Source: Balanoglossus misakiensis (lineage: Eukaryota; Animalia; Hemichordata). From it: a stretch of DNA of 64,000 nt. Below the pieces are notes generated by a model. It was not told the origin of the DNA. It did not search any database and saw only the letters and a list, made by a program, of their open reading frames with translations. The position numbers and the translations under genes were made by a program. Location: positions 6,517,519 through 6,581,518 of the forward strand of contig CM082580.2 of the NCBI GenBank assembly GCA_040954595.2. The letters are read 5' to 3'. This document shows positions 14,950 to 28,414 of the stretch, piece by piece; positions within the stretch are counted from its first letter, which is position 1, and every line of letters begins with the position of its first letter.

Positions 14950-15572
14950 TTCTCGGTTTCTAATAGGTTTGTGATTGCGTGCATATCAATATGCCAATAT
15001 GTTAAAGAAGTTTCTACATGTAATTGCTCCCAGGAAAAGATATGATAGAATTCTTCTTGGTCCTGGCCGCACGCTATCCACCGTCCGACCCCCTCATCCA
15101 GTTCAATAAATTAATTTTATTTTATAGTATAGTCCCTCGTTTACATCTCACTGAAAACAGCAACTGCCTCTGTCAACTCGAACAGTATAGGCTTCTTCAA
15201 CGTTCAGTATTAGGACTTTTATATATTTATAAAAGCCGTATTCTCTCATCCCTTCTGGGGATGTTTTTCAGGTCATTGCTAACTCCCCGCACTTTTTGTC
15301 CCGGGACTTTTGTTCAGTGGTAAACATGGATACGTCGAACAAAGGTTTTGTTGTTGTCGAAACGAACAGCGCCCTCACATGCATGGAACGAGTTGAGAAA
15401 TTACAACAAACACACAAGAAAACCTTTTCTTCAGGTACTGAGAGAACGTGCCAGTGGCTGAGGTCATTATCGAGGGAAATACAAGTGAGAAAGGGATTAA
15501 TATTACCAAACCGAACAGTTTAATCGAAATAGAGACAACGAGGGACCGTCTTTCCAAGTGTGGATCCATAGG

Positions 15573-18500
15573 ATGGACCGCCGGTCGAGGAAGCGGGTAT
15601 GGCAAGCCAAGAAAATTGCACGGCCAGGTTTGTGTGAATTACTGTGTCACCCCATCGCGTACGCTACAAGAGTTATGACACGGATTTTGGAACGGTGGTG
15701 ATTTCTTGCGCCATCTGCTTTGTTGTAAAAAGAAATATTTACACAGCAGAGTAAAATGGTGCCTTGTTAAGGAATCGGTTGGTTATTCCTGCCCCCAGCC
15801 ACGTGAGAGCCATGTTGTTGGGCTATCCCACTTGTCACTTCACAGCACGTCGAATGAATGGGTAAAAATGTGACCAGGATCGTTACCATGTAGCAGCAGT
15901 GAAGCCTCTTCGTCCCTCTCACTGCAGTAGTGACGGGAATGAAAATGAAGTGATTATACTTTCACAAAATGATAGATTTTCTTCCAATATTCGTTTCTTC
16001 CGCCATTGAGGGCGTAGTCCTACTACACGCAGTTACAGTGTTGATTACTTGAACTAGGGTCTATGCTTGAACCGATCTAAACACACTGTCACTCTTAGTG
16101 GGTCGGGCTTGTTTTGACCATCATATTGTTGATGCTCTTGCACACTGGAGAACCTGGTCTCAACACGAACTTGCTTTAGCTGTGATCTCTGCCCCTAAGA
16201 TCAATACCATGCGTTATGTTTCACTGGCATTCATGAATGGCAAATACACTCTCAAGTTGGCAGTGAGTAAGTTCAAAAGTTGTACTTGCAGCTGGTATTT
16301 TGTTTATCATTAAAGTATATTTGCATCTTTGTCTCCCCGAACAGAACTTAAAGATAAGTATGACTGGTACAAGCTGAAGTACAACAAACTTTTCGATCTT
16401 TCCCACGAGACGGTCAACGATAACGTGCAAAGGATTGATTCCAGGAGTGTCACCAAGGAAGAATTCATTGAGTGTTTTGAGAAACCTCTGATCCCGGTGG
16501 TTATCACCCATGAGCAGCTGGAGTGGAGGGCCACCACGAAATGGACTTCTGAGGTAATATTGGTTTCTTTTCACTCCAAGGAAGGCAGACTGGTCCACCA
16601 GATTTCAGTACATCTGCAAGTATATTTCATGGGTGAAAATTTCAATGGAAAGTAATAGTAATACACTTCATGATCCACTTACAATTAAATGTACAATGAA
16701 TGAGAGAGAGAGAGCGAGAGAGAGAGAGGAAAACACCCCAACATTCCCAACATTTAACAGATGTTGAACTTGACCACACTGTTACTTCTTATCCAGAGGC
16801 TTGCCAGAAAATACAGAAACCAGAAGTTCAAGTGTGGCGAAGACAATGATGGGTACTCTGTCAAGATGAAAATGAAATATTATGCAAAATATATGGAAGA
16901 CAATAAGGATGACAGTCCACTCTACATATTTGATAGCAGCTATGGAGATGTGAGTAACAGATTAAAACAGAGACCATCTTTCTATACATGTACATGTGTG
17001 TGTATGTGCCTCGGCCCGCTGTTAGGGTTTATAGCAAGGACCTGTAGTGTGCGTGGAACTGAATCTATTGCATGTACATTTCCTGCTGATATGTACAGTA
17101 AATCCTATCTAAACCGAACCCTGTCTATGCCGAATACATTTTCTAGTCCCTTGTTGAGAGGACCTCTGAAACCCAGACACAATACATGCAAACTTGATAA
17201 TTTCTTCAGTCTGTAAAGTGTCTGGTGTTGACAGGTTGTACTGTACACACATGAAAGTAAACTGGGTGTGCAGTTAGTTAGAGCTGTGTGCCTACCCACG
17301 AATCTTCAATGTCGCTTCGTTTTTCACACAGCACCCCAAAAGAAAGAAGCTCTTACAAGACTACGAAGTGCCAAGATATTTCCAAGACGATTTATTCAAG
17401 TATGCGGGAGAGGCCAAGCGACCGCCGTACAGATGGTTCGTGATGGGCCCAGCCAGATCGGGAACAGGCATCCATATTGACCCGCTCGGGACCAGTGCCT
17501 GGAACGCATTAGTTGTTGGACACAAGAGGTGTGTGTCATACTTCTCAAGTAGATCAGATTATTCTGCATAGCATAGATTGGCGTACTGGTACATACATGT
17601 ACATGTACAGTACCAATACATGGCTGAATTAATTAGGTTTCATTAATACAAGGTCAGATATGTACGTTGAAGAAAATAACATTTCTTACGTATAAGAATG
17701 GTGAGTAGCTGTGTGCCTGAAACAGCACAAAGCATAAAGATGCATGTAATTTTTTTAATCTCTGGTTGATAATCTAGCTACAGTAGTGAATTTTGAAGAT
17801 ATTGAGTCTAGCATTGCGGGTTACACATTTCCAATGAATGAATATTGGCAACAGCAGGAAAGCAAATGTATTGACCTATTAAAGCCAACTGTTAATACTT
17901 CATCATAGGTGGTGTATGTTTCCAACACACACGCCCAAAGAGTTGGTCAAGCTCCGGCCAGGCGAAGGTGGCCAGCAGAGAGACGAAGCCATAACATGGT
18001 TCAAACTGGTCTATCCAAGAACTCAATCATCATCCTGGCCCAAGGACTGCAAACCCGTAAGTTGTTGAGTTTGCTTTCTGTAGCTAAACAGAACAGTACT
18101 GCATAATTGAAACTTTCTAATTAAAATTTCTCTGTTCAAATTACTATTATATTTGAACGTCTTGGCATGGCTCATATTTAGACTTTGACATACTTAACTT
18201 AGGCATAGTTTAACTCCCCTGAAAATGCACCACACATTATTGGCAAGTTGGGTGCCAAAAGTTTTCTCCACCTGTAAATCAGTCCAGTTACATGTACATG
18301 TACAACCGATTAGGCACGATAGGGGTTAATATCATGGGCAAATTTTTCCATATGTGCCTTGTCTACAAAAAAAACCTAATCTTTTCATGACTGTTGAGCA
18401 TGAGAGAGCTGTTTTTTTTCGGATGATGTTGAACACGTCATAAACATCACTGCATTCGCGGCTAGCAAATTTTTGTACAATTTTTTGTTTTTAACTTCAG

Positions 18501-19395
18501 CTTGAAATACTCCAGAAGCCCGGTGAGACTGTTTTTGTGCCAGGGGGATGGTGGCACGTCGTAGTCAACCTGGACACGACAATTGCCGTCACGCAGAATT
18601 TCTGCAGTGTAACAAATTTTCCCATCGTGTGGCACAAGACAGTGAGGGGGCGGCCAAAGCTTTCCAAAAAGTGGTATGCTGCGCTGAAGGTAAGACAAGC
18701 GCAAGTTTTATCTTTCTATATCTACTGTAAATCTGTCTGTATCTACTGTTGAGGAACATTTCTTCTGAGAACGTTTCGTTTCGATAGGATAATGTGTTCT
18801 AAAATGTCCTTTTGTGTATTATAGAAATACCACCCAGAACTCATATCGATAGCGGACAGCGTGGATCTGAACAAGCCCACCGACCTGCAATCCGACAGCT
18901 CCAGTTCGAGCTCCAGCAGCAGCAGCGACAGCGAGTGCTCGACGTGCTGCTCGTCCGACGACTCCGACAGCGACGCCAAAGACACGAGGAGAGAAAAGGA
19001 CAGAAGGACAAAGCGGTGAGGAGTGGCAGAATTTCGGTGTTTCGCGCGTACGCGCTCCGCAGTGGTCTGTCGGAATTAGACACGGGATTAGTCGCGTCGT
19101 AGTGGTACATATACATGAGTGAATTCGCAGAAATATGCATATTTCTATGGCTGTTTGTCTCAAATGGTTGTGTTTATACATGTACCATAGTGCATTTGTA
19201 TTGTAGGGTTCAGGTATTAGAAAAAGCTGCATCTACAGAGACTTGCTTTTTCTCCCTGGTCTTTGCCACCATCATCGTTCCAGCATAAAATTATGTCGGG
19301 TTTCATTCATTATTTGCAGGAGGAAAATATCTACCTCAGACCACGAAATGGACGATCGGAAAAGTTCGTCCTCAACACCCAAGACCTATAGATGA
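15573..19395 (+). CDS. JMJD6: Bifunctional arginine demethylase / lysyl-hydroxylase JMJD6 (PSR), 8 coding exons
   Basis: Exons 15573-15627 ([18 protein letters not shown]), 16345-16553, 16797-16949 ([26 protein letters not shown]...[11 protein letters not shown]), 17332-17528 ([31 protein letters not shown]), 17909-18056, 18501-18689 ([28 protein letters not shown]...VRGRPKLS), 18825-19015 (poly-Ser), 19320-19395 (TGA). All GT-AG and in phase. Confidence 0.97.
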
Positions 19396-19930
19396 CGGCG
19401 TCAAGACAGGCCGAAGTGAAGACACCTTGTACATAGTAGAAATGGCCAACTTTTGTGTCGTATATATTTTCTTGCCAATGAGTCAGCTGGTTCTTGCTTC
19501 TTGTGAAGGAGTATGCAATCGGGATTTTTTTGATACTGGGCTGCATTGATCAATATCCGTTGAAGTTTCTCGTAACACAAGACGTCTGCAATAGTCATAG
19601 CGTTGTACCAAAGATTAGTCTAGTAACTTGTACCTCCATAGTGTTGTGTGTACGTACAAACTTCTACACGGTGTATACCACTAGCCTGTGTACGCGAAGC
19701 CGTGGATTGATTTCACGCGCTGCATGGGGCAGCACAAAGCACAGTCTACACAAACAGTGGTAACACATGGCTAACACTGGACCAGTGGACTTTGTAGAAC
19801 TTGGGGGGAAAAATTATGATTCATCTACTTTTTTGTAAAAATTTCTCAATTAAAACAGATCACCAGATGTTGAGGGTCCGGGCCCTGGCCCAGTCTGTGC
19901 CGTTGTGAGTCCTTGAGGAGGGCACATTAT

Positions 19931-20079
19931 ACACATGATGACTGACAATGAGGGCAACAGTGTATTTTGATGACCGAGGGCACTGCTAGTCACAACTAAA
20001 ACAGACTGTTTTGGTGTGACTGGCAGTCCCGAGGTCATCAAAAATACACTGTTGCCCGAATATGTCAGTCATCATGTGT
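19931..20079. repeat. ~150-bp imperfect palindrome downstream of the JMJD6 stop (probable non-autonomous DNA element core)
   Basis: ACACATGATGACTGACA...GGGCAACAGTGTATTTTGATGACC...GTCACA...AAAACAG mirrored by CTGTTTT...TGTGAC...GGTCATCAAAAATACACTGTTGCCC...TGTCAGTCATCATGTGT, centred at ~20005. Confidence 0.8.
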
Positions 20080-22907
20080 TTTATAACACACGAAACACAC
20101 CACATCCAGGCATCAGTACCGGGCAGAAACCGATCGAATGGATGCCCTAGGGAACAGTTTGAAATGACTGCGCACCCAAGAGTGATAGGTGCCTGGTAGG
20201 ACAGAGTTTGTAATACACTGTAATGTGTGTTTAGCTGTGCTGGACATATTACGGCTGCACATGTGACCCGTTATTTTGCTCCCCAGGGAGTTTAGTGGAA
20301 TGAATTTTAGGTCCAGTGACCCCAGGGGTAATCGTTGCAAAGTACCTTGACAGCATTTGATTGTGGGAAAGTGCTTTATATAACAACTCATCATTTTTAA
20401 TCTTTTTATACATGGTGAGGATAATGATGTGGAAATTATACCTTGAAATTTGAGTCAGCTGAGGGAGGTTACATGTGTACTAGTCATTTGTGAACTGTCT
20501 CAGGACCTTTGTTATAAAAAGGTACTATGTTATTAAAATGAGGCTTTTTTTTTCTCAAAATGTGTCTCAACTTCAGTTTTTAGCAAATGCTGTGAAATGT
20601 TAATAAATTGTAGAAGCTGGCTTGTCAATTTATGCTTAGTATTATCAATCCCTGCCCAATGAAGTAAGTTTAAACTATCCAAAATCCTATATCGTTAAAT
20701 GCCGGTAGGTCAATTCTGCAGAGTTAAAAAGATTTTTGCTAAGACTTTGGAATTTGTGACTGGCAAAGTCATTTTTTGTACTGGATAATTATTGAGTTGA
20801 AAATTGGTTGGTTTGTCAGTTGTCAGAGTTGTTTTGTGTCAAAACTGTGATTGGCGTCTGTCTGGTCTGCAGAGATCGTGACAGCAACCTGTTTGAATTT
20901 TGTCTTGGTTACATTCTAGTCACCATTATATTGAAAGGAGTCGTTTGATTGTAGTCTATTTTTCAGTAGTACTTTACATATTTGCAGATAGGAAAAAAAA
21001 TGCAGGCAGCATTCTCTATTCTTTATGTGTAGTAAATTATGTACATGTATTGTTTGTTACGTTTTGAACTTAGATGAAGACTGGAAAACTTCCCTGTAAG
21101 AAAGTACTTCTCTTTTTCTGGTGGCTGGCTTCTACATTCAGTTAGAACTGTTCCCATACCTCAGAGAACCAGAATGTTCTTTCAGTTGCTGGAGAGATAC
21201 TGACTGCTGTGTGTGTGTGTTCCCTACCTGTAAAGGGATAGTGCACATCTGAACATGGGCTGCAATGTTTACCTAGTGGTTCTTCCTGCAGCTAATGTAC
21301 TTGGGCTGTGTTTCCCATTTTTTTTTCAAATCCTACATTGATATCTTACCTCTGGTTATATAAATTTGTCTTAAGATGAGACTTAGCTATAGAGTATTGC
21401 ACGAGTATAGCAAATTCACTTGTATCAAAAACTGCCCACATTAATTACTGAATGAATATATACTCTGTAAATTGTCACATCAATTTCTAGAATTTGTAAA
21501 TATGCATTATGCAGTGAAAAACACAACGTTTTCAAATATACGAGACATGAACCATAAATCTGTTTCCATGTCAAAAATTGTCTGGACATTTAGAATTTCC
21601 CAGAATGTGTCGGGCACCTATGCACTGAAATTTTTAAATGTAGAGAGTATTTTCAGATTATATCTTCTGTATGGCCAGCCTTCCAATGTCAAGTGGTAGT
21701 ACAGGGGTTTGCAGACAACGGGAATTATTTATTGCATGTTGCATTCATGAAAGTCGTGAATGTGGCAAAAGTACCAAGTTCTTTTGTACAAGATCCAGAA
21801 CACAGTGGGACTGTCCATTATCCATCCTTGTTTATTACACCAGCCCTACTGTGTATTGTTTTCATATTTGAATCACCGATAATTCCTCTGACACTTTCTG
21901 ACATCAAAGAACTCGACGAAGAAATTTGGCAGTAGATGCAGCATTTTCACGTTTCACAGCAGTCTCATTAATTGTGAAGTATTATTTTTTCCTCTTTGCA
22001 AATAGAAGCCAAAGTTCAGTGTATACATTTTTGTATGTTTTTTTCGTCTTCTGAAGTGCCATCTTCTTTCCGAATTTGCCACGTTTACTGGTGCCATGTA
22101 ACTCTGGTATTACAGGCATCATAGAATAGGTCACTTGCATGACCCCTGTGTGACCTTTACATCCTGGCATTTTGTTGGTAGGGGGTTTAGAGTCAACCAT
22201 ACAAGTGACTTTGTGTACCCTAAAATTGAAAACTTGAATGATGTATGATATAATACTCCCCCAAAACACACACAAAAACACTAAGATGTAAGGTAACTCG
22301 GGGGTCATAAAATTGGCATATTTATCTGTATTTTTTTAGTTTTAAGACTTTCAATATATTTTGTCAATTTCAGTCAGTTGTGTGATGTAGACTATTAATT
22401 ATGTACTAAGAGGATTTTTTACGAGAACTGTTTTGTGTATTGTATTTATCAGTTGTGTACTCAGCGCTTTATGTGCAAGGTTTCATATAGCAGGGCCAAT
22501 CTGGTGCATTATATATACACCTGCTGTATGTCTGCCAGCAACTTGGTTTCCCCACAGCAATGTCGACCAATCAGAAGCACAGTTATTGAGTGTAGTCCCA
22601 CTACGCAGCTTTACCCCCACGCTAGTTGTGTGAGGCAATATGATTGGCTAAGACCACAGACTTTTCTGCACTATTGTAATGAACCGAATACTCAGTTGTA
22701 AACTTGTTGCAAAGTAGAAGTGTTTAGCGTAGGTGCACATTAACGCTTCAATGCGTACTACAACACCTGCAAGTGATCATTTTCAACAATGGCTCTTCGG
22801 GTCAAGTATTTTTTATGGGGACCGCACACTGTTGTTGTCAGGCACGCATACATCGCCAGTCTCTGCGTCACCTGTCATTTCAGCCAATCACTGCGCTTGT
22901 TACTGAT

Positions 22908-25900
22908 AGACCATGAGCCAGTAGGGGTTTACCTCCCCCCCCCGGGGGAATTTTCGAGACAATGTTTTTCTGAAAGCCTATCATATACTGAGTAAAATTC
23001 ACTTTGTTTGCCATCTGGGCACCGGGGCGTTTTCGAGTTATTGGCTTCTAAATTATATTGGGTAACGTATGTAGGAAAGCCTAAAAGTGCGTATAAATTG
23101 ACGTAGGGGGGTAAATTAGTCTTGTAAAATGCTGTCTCTCTGAACGTATACCTCGAACAACAGGGATGTATTTGGTATCAAAAGAAAGCTTAATAAACAA
23201 GCTTTCCATTAATTACAAAATAAAAGTGATATGACAAATCATGACATCACAGTGACGTCATAAGTCAAAATACCCTTACGAAAATGGTGTTCTGTTCACC
23301 TATAAATGTGAGGTTTTGCAAAACATGTCTCTGTGCAATTGTACTGATGAAAACTGATGAAAACTGTGATGTGTTTGGTATCAACAGAAAGCTGATTGAG
23401 TAAAGTATCTAATTATTGCAAAAAATTGATATAATAATCAATTACGTCATCATTACGTCATACTTCCAAGTACCCTTACCAATTAGTGACTATGATGACA
23501 AGTTATTACCCTAGGAGATAGGTGCCTTTAAATAAAAAAATTGGTAAGGAAGGTTTGTGAAGTCCATTCTATGTAAAAAATGGTGCTGATTCCAAAAAAG
23601 TCAGTCTTATTGACCCCACCCAAGACAAAATTGCCATTTTGGCACTTTTTAACCCAAAAAAGGTCATTTTTAGAAAACACTAAAAACACACTGTTTTCGT
23701 CACATTCGAAGATCTGATGACATATGATATGCCTATTCTATGTAAAATTTGGTTGATATTACGAAAAAAAAGCAGTCTGACTGACTCCACCCAAGACAAA
23801 ATTGCCATTTTGGCACTTTTTAACCCAAAAAAGGTCATTTTTAGAAAACACTAAAAACACACTGTTTTCGTCACATTCGAAGATCTGATGACATATGATA
23901 TGCCTATTCTATGTAAAATTTGGTTGATATTACGAAAAAAAAGCAGTCTGACTGACCCCACCCAAGAAAAAATTGCCATTTTGGCACTTTTTAACCCAAA
24001 AAAGGTCATTTTTAGAAAACACTAAAAACACACTGTTTTCGTCTCATTCGAAGATCTGATGACATATGATATGCCTATTCTATGTAACATTTGGTTGATA
24101 TTACGAAAAAAGCAGTCTGACTGACCCCAAACGAGAGAGAATTGCCTTTTTGACCATTTTTTGCCCAAAAACGTCATTTTTAGACAAAACTTAAAACACA
24201 CTCTACTCTTCATATTGATTGGTTTGATGATATATGGAAAGTCAATTCTATGTGTAAAGTGGTGACAATAAAACATAAAGCAGTCTTTTTGACCCCAATC
24301 AATACAAAAATGCCATTTTTGGCCACATTTTTGAGGTCAAAAAGGTCATTTTTACAAAAAAACTAAAAACAAACTGTTTTCTTCATATTCAGAGATCTGA
24401 TTATGTATGAAAAGTCCATTCTATGTAAAAAAAAAAAAAAATCTGATTGACCCCATTCTAGTCAAAATTGCGTTTTTGGCAATTTATTGCCTAAAAAGAC
24501 CTACTTAAGACAAATTTATCATTTTAAACATTTTCTAGAGAAAAAAATGTTTGCAACTAATAATAAATAAAAGTCCATTCTATCTTAAAAGTAGCGATTT
24601 TTCCAAAAAAGCACTCTTACTGACTCCACAGAGGGAAAAAATGCCATTTTGGCCACTTTACTCAAAAAGGTAACTGTTTGAAACTTCTTTCTTTATTTTC
24701 AGATATCTTATGATGTACGGAGAAGGTCCATTTTTGTTGAAAGGGAGCCGATTCCAAAAAAACTTCTTTTCAGCCCTACAAAATTGTCATTTTGGCCATT
24801 TTTGGTCAAAAAGGTCATTTCAAGAAAAAATGAAAACAAGCTGTTTTCTTCGTATTTAAATGTTTGATTATGAATGGAAAGTCCATTTTTTGCAAAAAAT
24901 ATGCTGATACCAACACAACAGTCTTATTAAGACCCCACTCAATACAAAATTGCCACTAAGCCATCTTCTAATCAACAATTGTCTTTTTCAGAAAACAAAA
25001 TAATTGGTGTTTTTTGCCTTTTGAGTTGTGATTTTATATTTGCATATTTAAAATGTCATACCATATGATATCAGTTGAATTGATGATATTGAAAGGCAGA
25101 GTTGCCACAATTTGGCACATTTAGCCTAAAATGGAACTCAACAATAAAACGAGACGATCCATGTATTCACACTGTATACTATAAGTCGGTTATACATGGT
25201 ATAATTTGTTTTATGTACATCTATACCAGCTCCGGATAGATTGTTGACATTTATCCTCTTCGTTCGGAATACAAAATCAGAAATTATATTATATCATGAT
25301 ACCTCCGTCATTTTGATTGGACAGGGGTGCAATCCCACGATGCTAAATACTCAAAAGAGCTAAAACTGGCCCCTGAACTAGCACACAACAGGGAAAATGT
25401 GGGTTTAAACCTAATAAATATACTAAAAACTCTTAAATTCCTTGACGTTTCAATTTGGAGATGCTCTAAGTGAATATTTGGGACTTTGCCATGTGCAGTG
25501 CCTGTCTTTTTGTCGCCTGTATCATGTTTAATGCTTGGTCCTGGGCGACGTGTTTAGATTCATCGATGCGACTTTGGTTCAATTCTTATAACTTCTTTTA
25601 CTCTCGACGCTGTTTCATCATCATTTTTTTTCTCTAGAAAATGTTTAAAATGATAAATTTGTCTTAAGTAGGTCTTTTTAGGCAATAAATTGCCAAAAAC
25701 GCAATTTTGACTAGAATGGGGTCAATCAGATTTTTTTTTTTTTACATAGAATGGACTTTTCATACATAATCAGATCTCTGAATATGAAGAAAACAGTTTG
25801 TTTTTAGTTTTTTTGTAAAAATGACCTTTTTGACCTCAAAAATGTGGCCAAAAATGGCATTTTTGTATTGATTGGGGTCAAAAAGACTGCTTTATGTTTT

Positions 25901-27260
25901 ATAGTCACCACTTTACACATAGAATTGACTTTCCATATATCATCAAATCAATCAATATGAAGAGTAGAGTGTGTTTTAAGTTTTGTCTAAAAATGACGTT
26001 TTTGGGCAAAAAATGGTCAAAAAGGCAATTCTGTCTCGTTTGGGGTCAGTCAGACTGCTTTTTTCGTAATATCAACCAAATGTTACATAGAATAGGAATA
26101 TCATATGTCATCAGATCTTCGAATGTGACGAAAACAGTGTGTTTTTAGTGTTTTCTAAAAATGACCTTTTTTGGGTTAAAAAGTGCCAAAATGGCAATTT
26201 TTTCTTGGGTGGGGTCAGTCAGACTGCTTTTTTTCGTAATATCAACCAAATTTTACATAGAATAGGCATATCATATGTCATCAGATCTTCGAATGTGACG
26301 AAAACAGTGTGTTTTTAGTGTTTTCTAAAAATGACCTTTTTGGGTTAAAAAGTGCCAAAATGGCAATTTTGTCTTGGGTGGGGTCAGTCAGACTGCTTTT
26401 TTTTCGTAATATCAACCAAATTTTACATAGAATAGGCATATCATATGTCATCAGATCTTCGAATGTGACGAAAACAGTGTGTTTTTAGTGTTTTCTAAAA
26501 ATGACCTTTTTTGGGTTAAAAAGTGCCAAAATGGCAATTTTGTCTTGGGTGGGGTCAATAAGACTGACTTTTTTGGAATCAGCACCATTTTTTACATAGA
26601 ATGGACTTCACAAACCTTCCTTACCAATTTTTTTATTTAAAGGCACCTATCTCCTAGGGTAATAACTTGTCATCATAGTCACTAATTGGTAAGGGTACTT
26701 GGAAGTATGACGTAATGATGACGTAATTGATTATTATATCAATTTTTTGCAATAATTAGATACTTTACTCAATCAGCTTTCTGTTGATACCAAACACATC
26801 ACAGTTTTCATCAGTTTTCATCAGTACAATTGCACAGAGACATGTTTTGCAAAACCTCACATTTATAGGTGAACAGAACACCATTTTCGTAAGGGTATTT
26901 TGACTTATGACGTCACTGTGATGTCATGATTTGTCATATCACTTTTATTTTGTAATTAATGGAAAGCTTGTTTATTAAGCTTTCTTTTGATACCAAATAC
27001 ATCCCTGTTGTTCGAGGTATACGTTCAGAGAGACAGCATTTTACAAGACTAATTTACCCCCCTACGTCAATTTATACGCACTTTTAGGCTTTCCTACATA
27101 CGTTACCCAATATAATTTAGAAGCCAATAACTCGAAAACGCCCCGGTGCCCAGATGGCAAACAAAGTGAATTTTACTCAGTATATGATAGGCTTTCAGAA
27201 AAACATTGTCTCGAAAATTCCCCCGGGGGGGGGAGGTAAACCCCTACTGGCTCATGGTCT
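22908..27260. mobile_element. Foldback-type DNA element, 4.35 kb, with ~1.64-kb near-identical inverted arms
   Basis: Arms 22908-24549 and 25622-27260 (AGACCATGAGCCAGTAGGGG... / ...CCCCTACTGGCTCATGGTCT), flanked by AT (22906-7, 27261-2). Only a handful of differences between arms. Non-coding spacer of ~1.07 kb. Confidence 0.93.
23570..24960. repeat. ~171-bp tandem repeat inside the foldback arm (mirrored at ~25630-26600)
   Basis: GAC(C/T)CCA anchor at 23612, 23783, 23954, 24123, 24291, 24449, 24622 and ~24931. Units become more degenerate toward the element centre. Confidence 0.9.
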
Positions 27261-27577
27261 ATGAACTTAGCTTCGACGCTCTCGTCACTTCCTTTCATCA
27301 ACCACGCACTGAACACTTACCAGTACTGAAACACACTGCTGCCATTAGTGAACAAACGTCCACAGGACTGTATATCACATCAGTGTATTTGTGGCAATTT
27401 CAAGCACACATCACACAGTCCATCATTGACATTGTCGCAATATGTAACTATTTTATATTAAATGTACCTATGGTTATCTACATGTACTGTGGATTGTGAT
27501 TTATTATGTTATAATAATCAATCGCCTTATTGAGTGTGTGTCGTCATGGTGACAAGGACGTAACATTAGCATGAGAT

Positions 27578-27959
27578 AATGTATGTTACAAGGTACAGGT
27601 ACGTGAACTTAGTCTAGTTTCTATGAATATTAACAAATAACCAGGACTTAGTTTCTATGAATATTAACAAATGTTACTGATTAATTTGTTCGAAAGAGAC
27701 CGAGATTATAAATCAATGGATAAAATATTAAAGGCAAATATCCAAATATATAAACATACAGAATCGGTGGCGTATTTACGGTAGTCAAAAGATGGACCAG
27801 AACGAAAATAGAAGCAAAACAGCAGTATAGTAGAGCCAAGAGATTGGATCAAGTGTGTGCAGAATCCTTACCACCACTGAGGCTACTAAGGGCGTTTATA
27901 ATTTTGAGTATTTCATAGAACTCGTGTCAAAATATAACTTATTCTGAACAATGCGCAGC
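27578..27959. repeat. Segment duplicated downstream (27578-27870 inverted at 36201-36475; 27868-27959 direct at 35649-35740)
   Basis: Direct sequence comparison. Contains the un-inserted TTA target (27868-27870) of the MITE at 35130. Confidence 0.9.
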
Positions 27960-28414
27960 CCGAACAACTTTTTTTCCATTGTTATATGCCATTCGAATTC
28001 GGCAAACAGATACTTTGTCAATATCTACTTTAGCGAAAAATTTAAGAGCCCCTTGCAATTTAAACATGTGCGAGTTTTCAACCACAAGTACGCTAAATCC
28101 CCGTTATACCCGTGTCGCAAAACTGTCATAGGGTCTAAAATTTTGATGTAACTTCTAACGTTATTTTTCTATGAACCATTTTTGATTTTAAAAAAATCAT
28201 GCACGGTGACATAGCGTTTCTTTTAAGTATAACGAATCTTTTTCAGCCCCTTTTATTCCCGAATTTTTCTCCAACTTGGACACTTCTTGGTTTTTGGAAC
28301 ACTGATATCGTAAGTTAAAGTTATTCTGACTAGCTCTTTGGTAGTCTATTGACGGATGGCTGCAAGTGAAAGGGAGAAAGGGCAGGAAAACGTCCGCGGA
28401 AGAGTTCAAGCGAA

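Noticed and set aside
24022-26148. Twin 84-aa ORFs on opposite strands
   Set aside because: By-products of the foldback arms and their 171-bp repeats; no protein motifs.
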